DNA of 26,767 nt from an uncultured Clostridia bacterium (GTDB lineage Bacteria; Bacillota; Clostridia; Christensenellales; Borkfalkiaceae), in the NCBI GenBank assembly GCA_947632165.1, contig CANROI010000001.1:1-26767 (forward strand). Reading direction: 5' to 3'. Shown one piece after another: positions 9,329 through 18,015 of this stretch. Both the position numbers and the translations under genes were made by a program. The notes beneath the pieces are model-generated. The model was not told the origin of the DNA, made no database searches, and saw only the letters and a list, made by a program, of their open reading frames with translations. The first letter of the stretch is position 1, and every line of letters starts with the position of its first letter.

Positions 9329-9730
9329 TTAGATATTTCCCTCCGCTTTCTTCACATCGAGGATGACCGTGATGTGGCTCGTTCTTTTCAGGATCGCATG
9401 ACCTCTGCCCTTGGAGACGGGCTGCATGCGCTTCAGGCTCGTGCCGCCGTTCGCGAAGCACTCCGCCACGAACAGATCGGATCTGTCCATCTCGTTGTTG
9501 TGTTCCGCGTTTGCGACCGCGCTCATGAGCACCTTCAGCGCGGGTTCCGCGCCGCCGTTGGGGCAATGCTCCAAGATCGCCTTCGCTTCCGCCACGCTCT
9601 TCCCTCTGATCAGATCGAGCACCGCCCGCACTTTATAGGGGGAAATTCTGATATACTTTGCTACCGCGTAAGGGCGTTTTTCTCTCTTTTCTTCGACCCT
9701 TTCCGCCTTTTTCTTCATATTACCGGCCAT
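9329..9730 (-). CDS. rplV: 50S ribosomal protein L22 with short charged N-terminal extension
   Basis: Start revised to MAGNMKKK at 9730 (AGGAGG/GGAG SD); [40 protein letters not shown]. Confidence 0.95.
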   Translation of the reverse strand: MAGNMKKKAERVEEKREKRPYAVAKYIRISPYKVRAVLDLIRGKSVAEAKAILEHCPNGGAEPALKVLMSAVANAEHNNEMDRSDLFVAECFANGGTSLKRMQPVSKGRGHAILKRTSHITVILDVKKAEGNI

Positions 9731-9741
9731 GATGCTCCTCC

Positions 9742-10020
9742 TTACTTCCCGGGCGACGTTGTCTTCGCCGTATGTCCCCTGAAGGTCCTCGTGGGGGCGA
9801 ACTCGCCAAGCTTGCAACCCACCATGTCTTCGGTGATATAGACGGGAACGTGTTTCCTGCCGTCATAGACGGCGATCGTGTGCCCTACCATCTGAGGGAA
9901 AATCGTAGACGCTCTCGACCAGGTCTTGAGCACTTTCTTTTCGTTTGCCTCGTTCATCGCCTCGATGCGCGCAAGCAGCTTCGCTTCGACGTAAGGCCCT
10001 TTCTTGATACTTCTCGACAT
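9742..10020 (-). CDS. rpsS: 30S ribosomal protein S19
   Basis: [49 protein letters not shown]. Confidence 0.99.
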   Translation of the reverse strand: MSRSIKKGPYVEAKLLARIEAMNEANEKKVLKTWSRASTIFPQMVGHTIAVYDGRKHVPVYITEDMVGCKLGEFAPTRTFRGHTAKTTSPGK

Positions 10021-10036
10021 TTCTCATTCCCCTCCC

Positions 10037-10864
10037 TTAGTTGATTCTCTTCAAGATGAACTTGCTCGTCGGATTCTTCTTCTTTCTCGTCTTATATCCG
10101 AGCGCGGGCTTGCCCCAAGGGGTTTCGGGACCCGCATGTCCGACGGGAGATTTGCCTTCGCCACCGCCGTGAGGGTGGTCGTTGGGGTTCATGACCGAGC
10201 CGCGGACGGTGGGACGGATGCCGAGATGGCGCGTCTTGCCCGCTTTGCCGACGCGGATGATATCGTGCTCGAGGTTGCCGACCTGCCCGATCGTCGCCCT
10301 GCACTCCGCGGGGATGAGCCGCATTTCGCCGGAAGGCATCTTGATCGTCGCATACTTGCCTTCGCAAGCCATGATCTGGGCAAAGATGCCGGCGCTTCTG
10401 GCGACCTGTCCGCCCCTTCCGGGCTGGAGCTCGATGTTGTGGACGATCGTGCCGACGGGGATATCCTTCAGGGGAAGGGTGTTCCCGGCCTTGATGTCCG
10501 AACCGGAGCCGCTGACGACCTTGTCGCCGACGTTGAGCCCGACGGGCGCGAGAATGTATCTCTTCTCGCCGTCCGCATAGACGAGGAGGGCGATGTTCGC
10601 GCTGCGGTTGGGATCGTATTGGATGCTCTTCACCGTGGCGGGAATGCCGTCTTTATTTCTCTTGTAGTCGATGATGCGGTACTTTCTCTTGTTGCCGCCG
10701 CCGATGTGGCGCACGGTGATGCGTCCCGCGCTGTTTCTTCCGCCCGAGTGGCGCTGGTCCTCGAGGAGCGCACGCTCCGCCTTGTCCTTGGAGAGTTCCG
10801 AATAATCGGGAACGGTCATGAAGCGGCGGGCGGCGGACGTAGGTTTGTATCTCTTGACTGCCAT
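10037..10864 (-). CDS. rplB: 50S ribosomal protein L2
   Basis: [50 protein letters not shown]. Confidence 0.99.
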   Translation of the reverse strand: MAVKRYKPTSAARRFMTVPDYSELSKDKAERALLEDQRHSGGRNSAGRITVRHIGGGNKRKYRIIDYKRNKDGIPATVKSIQYDPNRSANIALLVYADGEKRYILAPVGLNVGDKVVSGSGSDIKAGNTLPLKDIPVGTIVHNIELQPGRGGQVARSAGIFAQIMACEGKYATIKMPSGEMRLIPAECRATIGQVGNLEHDIIRVGKAGKTRHLGIRPTVRGSVMNPNDHPHGGGEGKSPVGHAGPETPWGKPALGYKTRKKKNPTSKFILKRIN

Positions 10865-10882
10865 TTAAGTGTTCCTCCGTTT

Positions 10883-11209
10883 TTACGACAACGAATTGAA
10901 GTATTCGATGGGCTTGCTGTCTTCCTTGAGCTGAACGATCGCCTTCTTGGCGGAGGGCGTGTAGCCCTGCGTTCTGCCCTGTCTCTTCAGCTTGCCGCGC
11001 TTGGTGACGGTGTTCACGCTCTTGACCTCGACGCCGAACATCTTTTCGACGGCGATCTTGATCTGCGTCTTGTTGGCGGTCTTCGCGACGATGAAGGTGT
11101 ATTTCTTACCGTACGCCGTTCTGTCGGACTTGCCCGCTTCGTCGGGCTGGAGACCGTCGTAACCTTTCTCGGTGAGAACGGGCTTTAAGATGATATCTTC
11201 GGGCATCAT
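10883..11209 (-). CDS. rplW: 50S ribosomal protein L23 (with internal insertion)
   Basis: IILKPVLTEK, KYTFIV...ANKTQIK.AVEKMFGVEV.SVNT, KKAIVQL; ATGA overlap with rplD. Confidence 0.96.
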   Translation of the reverse strand: MMPEDIILKPVLTEKGYDGLQPDEAGKSDRTAYGKKYTFIVAKTANKTQIKIAVEKMFGVEVKSVNTVTKRGKLKRQGRTQGYTPSAKKAIVQLKEDSKPIEYFNSLS

Positions 11210-11832
11210 ATTGCATAAGCCTCCTCGAGTTTTTTCACCGAACCCTTCGTGAGCACCACGACGGCGTTCGCAACGATTGCATAGGTATTGATCTCCTCGA
11301 CCGAGATCGTGGAGAACTTCTCGATGTTGCGGGAGGCAAGGATGACGTCGCGGTCGTTCTCGTCCATGATGACGACCGTGCGCTTATCGAGCTTGAGCGC
11401 CTTTCTGAACGCCTCCATCTCCTTGGTCTTGGGTGCGGAGACTTTGAGTTCGTCCACGACGAGAAGCTCGCCGTCCGCGACCTTCTTGGAGAGGGCGGAA
11501 AGGAGCGCGCCCGTCTTTGCCTTTGCGTTCATCTTCTTGGAGAAGTCGCGGGACTTGGGTGCGAACACGACGCCGCCCTTGATCCACTGCGGCGCGCGGG
11601 TGGAACCCTGGCGCGCACGGCCCGTGCCCTTCTGCCTCCAGGGCTTTACGCCGCCGCCGCGCACTTCCGTGCGCGTGAGCGTGGACTTCGTGCCCTGGCG
11701 CTGGTTCGCAAGATAGGTGACGACCGCCTGATGGATGAGCGGTTCATTATATTCGACGCCGAAAACCGAGTCCGAAAGTTCGAGATCGCCGACCTCCGCG
11801 CCTTTCATATTATAAATCTTCACGTTTGCCAT
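11206..11832 (-). CDS. rplD: 50S ribosomal protein L4
   Basis: RQGTKSTLTRTEVRGGGVKPWRQKGTGRARQGS.RAPQW..GG. Confidence 0.99.
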   Translation of the reverse strand: MANVKIYNMKGAEVGDLELSDSVFGVEYNEPLIHQAVVTYLANQRQGTKSTLTRTEVRGGGVKPWRQKGTGRARQGSTRAPQWIKGGVVFAPKSRDFSKKMNAKAKTGALLSALSKKVADGELLVVDELKVSAPKTKEMEAFRKALKLDKRTVVIMDENDRDVILASRNIEKFSTISVEEINTYAIVANAVVVLTKGSVKKLEEAYAI

Positions 11833-11833
11833 T

Positions 11834-12475
11834 TCAATTCTCCTTCGCTTTCACGCTGTTGGAAATGGTCACGACGCTGCCCTTGGGGCCGGGGATCGCG
11901 CCCTTGATGAGGATCGCGTTCCTTGCGACGTCCACTCTCACGACCTCGAGGTTCTGGACGGTGACGTTCTCGACGCCGTACTGACCTGCGAGATGTTTGT
12001 GCTTGAATACGCGCGAGGGATCGCTGATCGAGCCCATGGAGCCGGGCTCTCTGTGGACGGGACCCACGCCGTGCGTCTCTTTGAGGCGGTGCTGGTTCCA
12101 ACGCTTGATGACGCCCGTAAAGCCGTGGCCCTTGGAGACGCCCGCAACGTCGACCTTGTCGCCCGCCGCGAACACATCCGCCTTCACAAGATCGCCGACC
12201 TTATACGCGTCGACCTTGTCGAGCCGCACCTCTTTGAGATACTTGCAGGGCTTTACGCCCGCCTTCTTGAACTGCCCGAGTTCGGGCTTGTTCAACGCCT
12301 TTTCGCTCGCTTCCACGAAGCCGAGCTTGAGCGCGGTATATCCGTCCGTTTCGACCGTCTTGATCTGAACGACGGGACAGGGACCCGCTTCCACGACTGT
12401 GACGGGGATCACTTTCCCGTCAGGGGCAAAGACCTGCGTCATGCCGGCTTTGCGACCGATGATTGCTTTATTCAT
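11834..12475 (-). CDS. rplC: 50S ribosomal protein L3
   Basis: [52 protein letters not shown]. Confidence 0.99.
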   Translation of the reverse strand: MNKAIIGRKAGMTQVFAPDGKVIPVTVVEAGPCPVVQIKTVETDGYTALKLGFVEASEKALNKPELGQFKKAGVKPCKYLKEVRLDKVDAYKVGDLVKADVFAAGDKVDVAGVSKGHGFTGVIKRWNQHRLKETHGVGPVHREPGSMGSISDPSRVFKHKHLAGQYGVENVTVQNLEVVRVDVARNAILIKGAIPGPKGSVVTISNSVKAKEN

Positions 12476-12543
12476 GGATAAAGTTCACTCCTATAAATTT
12501 TTATTTGTGAAAACCGCTCTCGGCAGTTTTTCAACTTCGTGAT

Positions 12544-12846
12544 TTAGCCTAACTTGACCTTGATATCCACGCCAGCGGGAAGGTGGATGGAATCGAGCAG
12601 TTTCGCGTTGGGGGAATAGATGTCGATGATGCGCTTATGGGTGCGCAGTTCGAACTGTTCGCGGGAATCCTTGTCTTTGTGCGGGCTGCGAAGGATTGTG
12701 ACGATCTCGCGTTCGGTGGGAAGCGGAATGGGACCGGAGATCTTCGCTCCGCCCTTCTGCATCGTTTCGACAATCCTGCTCGCCGCCTGATCCACGAGTT
12801 CGTGATCGTAAGCGGACAACTTGATTCTGATCTTCTGACTTGCCAT
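12544..12846 (-). CDS. rpsJ: 30S ribosomal protein S10
   Basis: [38 protein letters not shown]. Confidence 0.99.
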   Translation of the reverse strand: MASQKIRIKLSAYDHELVDQAASRIVETMQKGGAKISGPIPLPTEREIVTILRSPHKDKDSREQFELRTHKRIIDIYSPNAKLLDSIHLPAGVDIKVKLG

Positions 12847-13081
12847 TTCTTCTTACTCCTTTTTTATACTAACTGTTTGTTCCGTGTCAACGCATCCGTG
12901 CGTATCGAGGCATTTCAATCAAAAAAACACAGCGTTTTTGCGGTGTTTTCTCGCAAAAGCCTCGGTTAGTCGCAGAGGTCGTGCCTCCACACTTGTCAAC
13001 GGAAATTATCTGCCGAGGGGCTTTTCTTCCCCGGAATTTCAGTAACTTTCCGTCTCAACCCTATACGCATAATGACACAGC
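12847..13081 (-). promoter_or_regulatory. Long structured 5' leader of the S10 operon (candidate ribosomal-protein leader)
   Basis: About 235 nt between the predicted +1 and rpsJ. Complementary segments AAAAGC(CC)CUCGG/CCGAGGCUUUU, CAGA/UCUG and CGGAAAGUUA/UAAUUUCCG. Family membership not verified. Confidence 0.5.
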
Positions 13082-13087
13082 TTGATT

Positions 13088-13116
13088 ATTTTAGCATATT
13101 GTCAAACCCGTGTCAA
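13088..13116 (-). promoter_or_regulatory. Sigma-A promoter of the S10 operon
   Basis: TTGACA-17 nt-TAAAAT with a TG extended -10 on the minus strand. Confidence 0.8.
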
Positions 13117-13250
13117 CGATTTTATGCGATTATCTGCAAATTTTTTTGCCTTGCGGAGCGTTTTTTATACCTTTTTTCGGGTTTTCGCGCGGAAATGCCG
13201 CCCGCGCGCAAAAATCGGCCCCGGCCGCCCCACGGCGTTCTTGCGGGGAA

Positions 13251-13282
13251 ACGCCGCGGCGCGAATATTCGCGCCGCGGCGT
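13251..13282 (-). terminator. Perfect 32-bp palindrome after rny, probable terminator
   Basis: ACGCCGCGGCGCGAAT|ATTCGCGCCGCGGCGT about 30 bp after the rny stop; only a short U run follows. Confidence 0.6.
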
Positions 13283-13311
13283 CCGTTGCCTTGATGATTT
13301 GTTTTTGCGGA

Positions 13312-14925
13312 TCACTTCGCGTATTCCACGCTGCGAAATTCGCGGATGACATTGACCTTGATTTGGCCGGGATATTCGAGTTCGCTCTCGATCTTCTTTG
13401 CGATGTCCTTGGCAAGGAAGAGCGCCTTGGCGTCGTCGATGACCTCGGGCTTCACGATCACGCGGACCTCTCTGCCCGCCTGGATCGCATAGCTCTTGTC
13501 CACGCCGTTGAATCCTGAGGCGATCGCCTCGAGCTTCTCGAGCCGCTTGACATAGCCTGCGCCCGTCTCCCGTCTCGCGCCCGGGCGCGCGCCCGAGACC
13601 GCGTCCGCAGCCTGCACGAGCACCGCCTCGATCGTCTTGGGTTCCACATCGCCGTGATGCGCCATGATCGCGTTGACGATCATCGCGTTTTCCTTATACT
13701 TCTTCGCGAGATCGGCGCCGATCTGGATATGCGTGCCCTCCTGCTCGTGGTCGACGGCCTTGCCGATGTCGTGCAGGAGCCCCGCGCGCTTGGCGAAGTT
13801 GACGTCGAGCCCAAGCTCCTGTGCCATGAGCCCCGCGAGCTGTGCGACCTCGATGGAATGGCGGTAGACGTTCTGCCCGTAAGAGGTACGGAATTTGAGG
13901 CGGCCGATGAGCTTGATGAGTTCGGGATGGAGCCCGAAGATGCCGACCTCGAACATTGCATTCTCACCCGCGGCCTTGATCTGCTGGTCGAGTTCCTTGG
14001 TGACCTTTTCCACCGTCTCCTCGATGCGGGCGGGGTGAATGCGGCCGTCCGAGATGAGCCGCTCGAGCGTGAGGCGGGCGATCTCCCGCCGCACGGGGTC
14101 GAATCCCGAGAGGATGACGACCTCGGGCGTATCGTCGATGACGAGCTCGATGCCCGTCGCATTCTCGATCGCGCGGATGTTTCTGCCCTCGCGGCCGATG
14201 ATGCGCGCCTTCATATCGTCGTTGGGAAGGGGCACGACGGAGACGGTCGTCTCCGACGCGTGGTCGGACGCGCAGCGCTGGATCGCAAGAGAAATGATGT
14301 TCTTTGCGTTCATGTCGGCGTCGTCTTTGGCCTGCTGTTCGAGGTTGCGGACCTGCATCGCGCAGTCGCGCCGCGTCTCGTCGAGGATCTCGTCGGTGAG
14401 CTGCTTCTTCGCCTCCTCTTTGGTGAGCTGGGCGATGCGCTCGAGCTCCTGGATCATGAGCTCCTGCTGATGGGAGACCTGCTCCTGCGCCTTTTCGACC
14501 TCTTCGGTTTTCTTCGCCAAATTCTTCTTCTGGTCCTCGAGGGACTGCTCCTTGCGGGAAATTTCGCTCTCGCGCTTTTCGAGCATATCCTCTTGCCTGC
14601 CGAGACGGGATTCCACGCGCTGCTGTTCGGCGCGCTTCTCCTTCATCTCCTGTTCGAATTCGTTTCTTCGCTTCAGATCCTGTTCCTTGGATTCTAAAAT
14701 TGCTTCCTTCTTGAGCTGTTTGCATTCCGCCTGCGCGTTTGCAAGCATCTCTTCCACTTTTTTCGACGTTTCGTCGAGTTTCTGTTCAGACTTCTTCTTG
14801 GAAACTTGTTTCAGAATATACCATGTGACGGCGCCGCCGATCGCAAGCCCGAGGATGGGCAGGATGACGAGCAGGGCGATTGCCCAACCGTCCACCGCAA
14901 GGAGCAGGCCGATCAACTGATTCAT
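13312..14925 (-). CDS. rny: Ribonuclease Y
   Basis: N-terminal TM helix, coiled coil, KH domain ([10 protein letters not shown]), RTSYGQN, HD motif (LLHDIGKA), GREVRVIV; AAGGAGG SD. Confidence 0.97.
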   Translation of the reverse strand: MNQLIGLLLAVDGWAIALLVILPILGLAIGGAVTWYILKQVSKKKSEQKLDETSKKVEEMLANAQAECKQLKKEAILESKEQDLKRRNEFEQEMKEKRAEQQRVESRLGRQEDMLEKRESEISRKEQSLEDQKKNLAKKTEEVEKAQEQVSHQQELMIQELERIAQLTKEEAKKQLTDEILDETRRDCAMQVRNLEQQAKDDADMNAKNIISLAIQRCASDHASETTVSVVPLPNDDMKARIIGREGRNIRAIENATGIELVIDDTPEVVILSGFDPVRREIARLTLERLISDGRIHPARIEETVEKVTKELDQQIKAAGENAMFEVGIFGLHPELIKLIGRLKFRTSYGQNVYRHSIEVAQLAGLMAQELGLDVNFAKRAGLLHDIGKAVDHEQEGTHIQIGADLAKKYKENAMIVNAIMAHHGDVEPKTIEAVLVQAADAVSGARPGARRETGAGYVKRLEKLEAIASGFNGVDKSYAIQAGREVRVIVKPEVIDDAKALFLAKDIAKKIESELEYPGQIKVNVIREFRSVEYAK

Positions 14926-15008
14926 ATGTTTTTTCAGCCTCCTTGGGAATGATTTGACTTATCTTTTAAGAATACCCCGAAAGGGCATAGTTAGACATTG
15001 TCGTAAGC

Positions 15009-15037
15009 ATTATACTATATTTTGTTGGGCTTGTCAA
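15009..15037 (-). promoter_or_regulatory. Consensus sigma-A promoter for rny
   Basis: TTGACA-agcccaacaaaatatag (17)-TATAAT on the minus strand. Confidence 0.85.
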
Positions 15038-15088
15038 TCGAATCACAAACGATATGGGGGAGCTTTGCAAAAAAATTTCTCTTTTTCG

Positions 15089-15117
15089 TTGACGGAACGC
15101 TTCGAACATGTTATAAT
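15089..15117 (+). promoter_or_regulatory. Sigma-A promoter divergent from rny
   Basis: TTGACG-17 nt-TATAAT with a TG extended -10. Confidence 0.75.
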
Positions 15118-15123
15118 GAAGAT

Positions 15124-15263
15124 GCGTCTCAATTGAATTATTTTTTCTCAAAGGGTCACAATGGCATTGGTGTATCCTTTATATTCCTTTGAGAAATACA
15201 GTTGAGACGCAAACCAACGGGATACTCATTGCGGGCGTCCCCTTGGGGCGTCCTTATTTTTTT
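15124..15263 (+). ncRNA. Unassigned structured leader or sRNA: long hairpin followed by antiterminator/terminator
   Basis: Stem GCGTCTCAA (15124)/TTGAGACGC (15210) plus TTCTCAAAGG/CCTTTGAGAA; terminator stem 15233-15253 followed by TTATTTTTTT; alternative stem CCAA..GGGAT/GTCCC..TTGG (15214-15246). Confidence 0.5.
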
Positions 15264-15287
15264 GCCCGCAAAATTTACGGAGGTTTT

Positions 15288-15353
15288 ATGATGAAAAAAC
15301 TACTTTCGATCCTACTGACTGCAGCGCTCGCGCTCTGCGCGGCGCTCCCGTGA
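15288..15353 (+). pseudogene. 21-aa ORF MMKKLLSILLTAALALCAALP (signal-peptide remnant or small membrane peptide)
   Basis: GGAGG SD before ATG; basic n-region plus hydrophobic h-region; stops at TGA 15351-15353; followed by a bidirectional terminator. Confidence 0.5.
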
Positions 15354-15409
15354 CCAGGATCGATCCCCTATGTAAGTTACGCTGTCCGGGGAAAAGAGAA
15401 AATAAGACG

Positions 15410-15444
15410 GCGCCGCGGGGCGACTTTAAGTCGCCCCGCGGCGC
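15410..15444. terminator. Bidirectional intrinsic terminator between the small plus-strand ORF and nadE
   Basis: 15-bp perfect stem GCGCCGCGGGGCGAC-tttaa-GTCGCCCCGCGGCGC with T-rich runs on both strands. Confidence 0.8.
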
Positions 15445-15541
15445 ATTTTTCATGTACTTCGCAATATTTTCCGCGGATTTTTCCGCAAAACGGCATTCTT
15501 GCCGCAAAAAATTCCGAAAACGGCCGCGGCCGGGGGCAGAA

Positions 15542-17446
15542 TTACAGTTCCTCCGCCTCTTTGATCCAGAGCGCGCCCGAGGCGTCGGAGGGCATTCTCC
15601 AATCGGCGCGGGGCGAGAGCGAAACGGAGCCCACCTTCACGCCGTCCGGCACGCAGTCGCGCTTGAACTGCTGTGCGAAGAACCGCCGGTAGAAGTTCAC
15701 GAGCCACTTTTTGAGCGTCGCCCGATCGTATTTTTCCCCGAAGGCGCCCTCCGCGAGGTACAGCGTCTTTGCGGGGGAACAGCCCCTCCGGATGAAGCAC
15801 CAAAGGTAGAAGTCGTGCAGCTCGTAGGGGCCGACGATGTCCTCCGTCCTCTGCGCGATGTTCCCCTTTTCGTCGGGCGGGAGCAGCTCGGGCGAGATCT
15901 CGGTGCTCAAAATGCTCTTCAGCACGACCTCCATCCTCCCGCCGAGACGCTTTGCCTCATAGGCGACGAGGGATTTAACGAGCGTCTTGGGCACGGACGC
16001 GTTGACTGCATACATGCTCATATGATCGCCATTATAGGTGCACCAGCCGAGTGCAAGCTCGCTCATATCACCCGTGCCGACAACGAGCCCTTCCGTCTCG
16101 TTGGCGATGTCCATGAGCACCATCGTGCGGTAGCGCGCCTGCGCGTTCTCATAGGTCGTGTTGCGCACCTCTGGGTCGTGGTCGATATCCCGGAAGTGGC
16201 GGCTGACCGTGCCGCCGATGGAGACCGTCTTTACCGTCACGCCCGCCGCCTGCATGATCGACATTGCGTTGTTGCGGGTCTTGGTGCTCGTGCCGAAGCC
16301 GGGCATCGTGACTGCGATGATGTTCTCGCGGTCCTTGCCGAGAAGGTCGAACGCGCGGCAGGTGACGAGGAGCGCAAGCGCCGAATCCAGCCCGCCCGAA
16401 ATGCCGAGGACCGCCGTCTTTGAACGGGCATGCCGCAAGCGCTTTGCGAGCGCGGTCGACTGCATCGAGAGGATGAGCCCGCACCGCCGCTCGAGCTCTT
16501 TGCCCTGCGGCACGAAGGGAAGCTGCGGGAATTTGCGCAAAGTAAGGTCGCCGTCGCCGATGAAGACCTGCGGATCTGCCGCATAGTCCCCCTCCACCGA
16601 GGAGAAGGTATTCGTCTTTCTGCGCTCATTCAAAAGAAATCCGACGTCGATCTCCGCCTCGGCGATCCCACCCGAGAAGGGCAGGCTCTCCGCAAGGCAG
16701 ACGCCGTTTTCATAGATCAGATGATTGCCCGCAAATACCATGTCCGAGGTGCTCTCCCCCACGCCCGCGTCGGCATAGACATAGGCGCAGAGATTTTTGC
16801 CCGACTGCGCCGCGAGGAGCGTCTTGCGGTATTCCCGCTTTCCGATCGTCTCGTTGGAGGCGGAGAGGTTGACGACGATCGTCGCGCCGTGCCTGCAATG
16901 CCGCACCGAGGGCGATTCGGGCGCCCAGAGGTCCTCGCAGATCTCGCATGCGACCGCAAATTCGGGACGGTGATTGTCATACACGATGAAATCGCGGTCG
17001 AAATAGGCGTAACTATCCCCGATGCGCAGAAGATGGGAGCCTTCGGGCGCGGAAGAAAAGTACCGCGCTTCATAAAATTCGCCATAGTTCGGAAGATAGG
17101 TCTTGGGAATGACGCCCGAGACCTTTCCGCCGACGACCGCCGCGGCGCAATTATAGATCTTGCCCTCGAATGCGACGGGTAACCCGACAAAGACGAGCAT
17201 TTTCAGTTCTTGCGTCGCTTTGGCGATCTCTTGCAGAGCGGCAAGACAGCCGTCGCGCAGCGTCTGCTGCAGGAAGAGGTCCCCGCAGGTGTAGCCCGAA
17301 ATGCAGAGTTCGGGAAAGACGAGGATCTCAGTCCCTTTGGCGGCCTGCGCTTCGATGATCCCGATGATTTTTTTTGCGTTGAAGGCGGGGTCGGCGACCT
17401 TCATCTCCGGGCTCGCCGCCGCAACTTTTACAAATCCGTGTTTCAT
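15542..17446 (-). CDS. nadE: Glutamine-dependent NAD(+) synthetase
   Basis: Nitrilase-type glutaminase domain (FPEL, IPKTYLPNY.EFYE, EICEDLW) fused to a synthetase domain (GISGGLDS, ENAQARYR, GTGDMSELALGWCTY.GD). Start revised to MKHGF at 17446 (AAGGAG SD). Confidence 0.96.
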   Translation of the reverse strand: MKHGFVKVAAASPEMKVADPAFNAKKIIGIIEAQAAKGTEILVFPELCISGYTCGDLFLQQTLRDGCLAALQEIAKATQELKMLVFVGLPVAFEGKIYNCAAAVVGGKVSGVIPKTYLPNYGEFYEARYFSSAPEGSHLLRIGDSYAYFDRDFIVYDNHRPEFAVACEICEDLWAPESPSVRHCRHGATIVVNLSASNETIGKREYRKTLLAAQSGKNLCAYVYADAGVGESTSDMVFAGNHLIYENGVCLAESLPFSGGIAEAEIDVGFLLNERRKTNTFSSVEGDYAADPQVFIGDGDLTLRKFPQLPFVPQGKELERRCGLILSMQSTALAKRLRHARSKTAVLGISGGLDSALALLVTCRAFDLLGKDRENIIAVTMPGFGTSTKTRNNAMSIMQAAGVTVKTVSIGGTVSRHFRDIDHDPEVRNTTYENAQARYRTMVLMDIANETEGLVVGTGDMSELALGWCTYNGDHMSMYAVNASVPKTLVKSLVAYEAKRLGGRMEVVLKSILSTEISPELLPPDEKGNIAQRTEDIVGPYELHDFYLWCFIRRGCSPAKTLYLAEGAFGEKYDRATLKKWLVNFYRRFFAQQFKRDCVPDGVKVGSVSLSPRADWRMPSDASGALWIKEAEEL

Positions 17447-17504
17447 ATTTTTTCTCCTTTCCGCATTGTCCTGCCCTTTACGGGAGCGGATCAAGGGCGC
17501 CTTT

Positions 17505-17559
17505 ATGCTGCGGCGATGCTACGACACGCGCATTCCGCGCGGCTCAGCATGACATATTG
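17505..17559. repeat. 55-bp palindromic repeat unit (solitary half)
   Basis: 53/55 identical to 17778-17832; internal CGCGC-attcc-GCGCG hairpin; ends in CATGACATA. Confidence 0.9.
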
Positions 17560-17580
17560 AGAATGCCGCTATGGGTTTCC

Positions 17581-17714
17581 CCGTCATTCCGTCCCGCGCC
17601 TTGTTTCGTCATTCCGAGCCCCCGAAGGGGGTGCCCCGCCCGCGGTTCTGATTCTCGGACTTCGTATCAGGGGATACGCTCCTCCCGCGCTTCGCTTGGT
17701 CGTCGGTATGACGG
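17581..17714. repeat. Short element with terminal inverted repeats (REP/MITE-like)
   Basis: CCGTCATTCCG (17581-17591) and CGGTATGACGG (17704-17714) match 10/11; a second GTCATTCCG lies near 17608; internal CCCC-GAA-GGGG hairpin. Confidence 0.6.
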
Positions 17715-17737
17715 TAAACAGACAGGCGCTATAAAAT

Positions 17738-17832
17738 TATGTCATGGTGAACGAAGTCGAACCATCGCCTTGTTATAATGCTGCGGCGATGCTACGACAC
17801 GCGCGTTCCGCGCGGCTCTGCATGACATATTG
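17738..17832. repeat. Inverted doublet of palindromic units (REPIN-like)
   Basis: Ends TATGTCATG/CATGACATA (9-bp perfect IR); inner GTCGAACCATCGCC/GGCGATGCTACGAC match 12/14; the right half is the 55-bp repeat. Confidence 0.75.
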
Positions 17833-17984
17833 GGGACGACCTTTTGTTCCCCAATCTTTTGCGTTAGGCGGAATTCACTTCCGCCGTGCGCGACCCAATT
17901 TGGCAAACCTTTTTGCCTTACTGTCTGCACAAGGCAGACCGTTCGTGGGCGATTTGGTTACATGAAAACCGAAATCCCACCCCT

Positions 17985-18015
17985 CACGAAATTTTTCCGC
18001 AAGGAAAAATTTGTG
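17985..18015 (-). other. Hairpin just after the recA stop, with no U-tract on the coding strand
   Basis: CAC(G)AAATTTTTCC-GCAA-GGAAAAATTTGTG; the minus strand continues AGGGGTGGG, so it is not a typical intrinsic terminator. Confidence 0.6.

Noticed and set aside
12862-12890. TTGACA-16-TATAAA immediately upstream of rpsJ as a second promoter
   Set aside because: Its +1 would fall in or after the AAGGAG SD, and the spacing is suboptimal.
13099-13117. Two TGTCAA(A/C) sequences resembling Spo0A boxes at the S10 promoter
   Set aside because: They mismatch TGNCGAA, and one is simply the reverse complement of the TTGACA -35.
15124-15263. T-box or 6S RNA identity for the structured RNA
   Set aside because: No UGGNACC T-box bulge or AG box. 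The 5' end pairs at about nt 87 rather than with the 3' end, and it is too short for 6S.
15351-15353. TGA read-through (selenocysteine) extending the small ORF
   Set aside because: The downstream frame crosses the terminator and runs antisense into nadE, and no SECIS-like element or protein-like sequence was seen.
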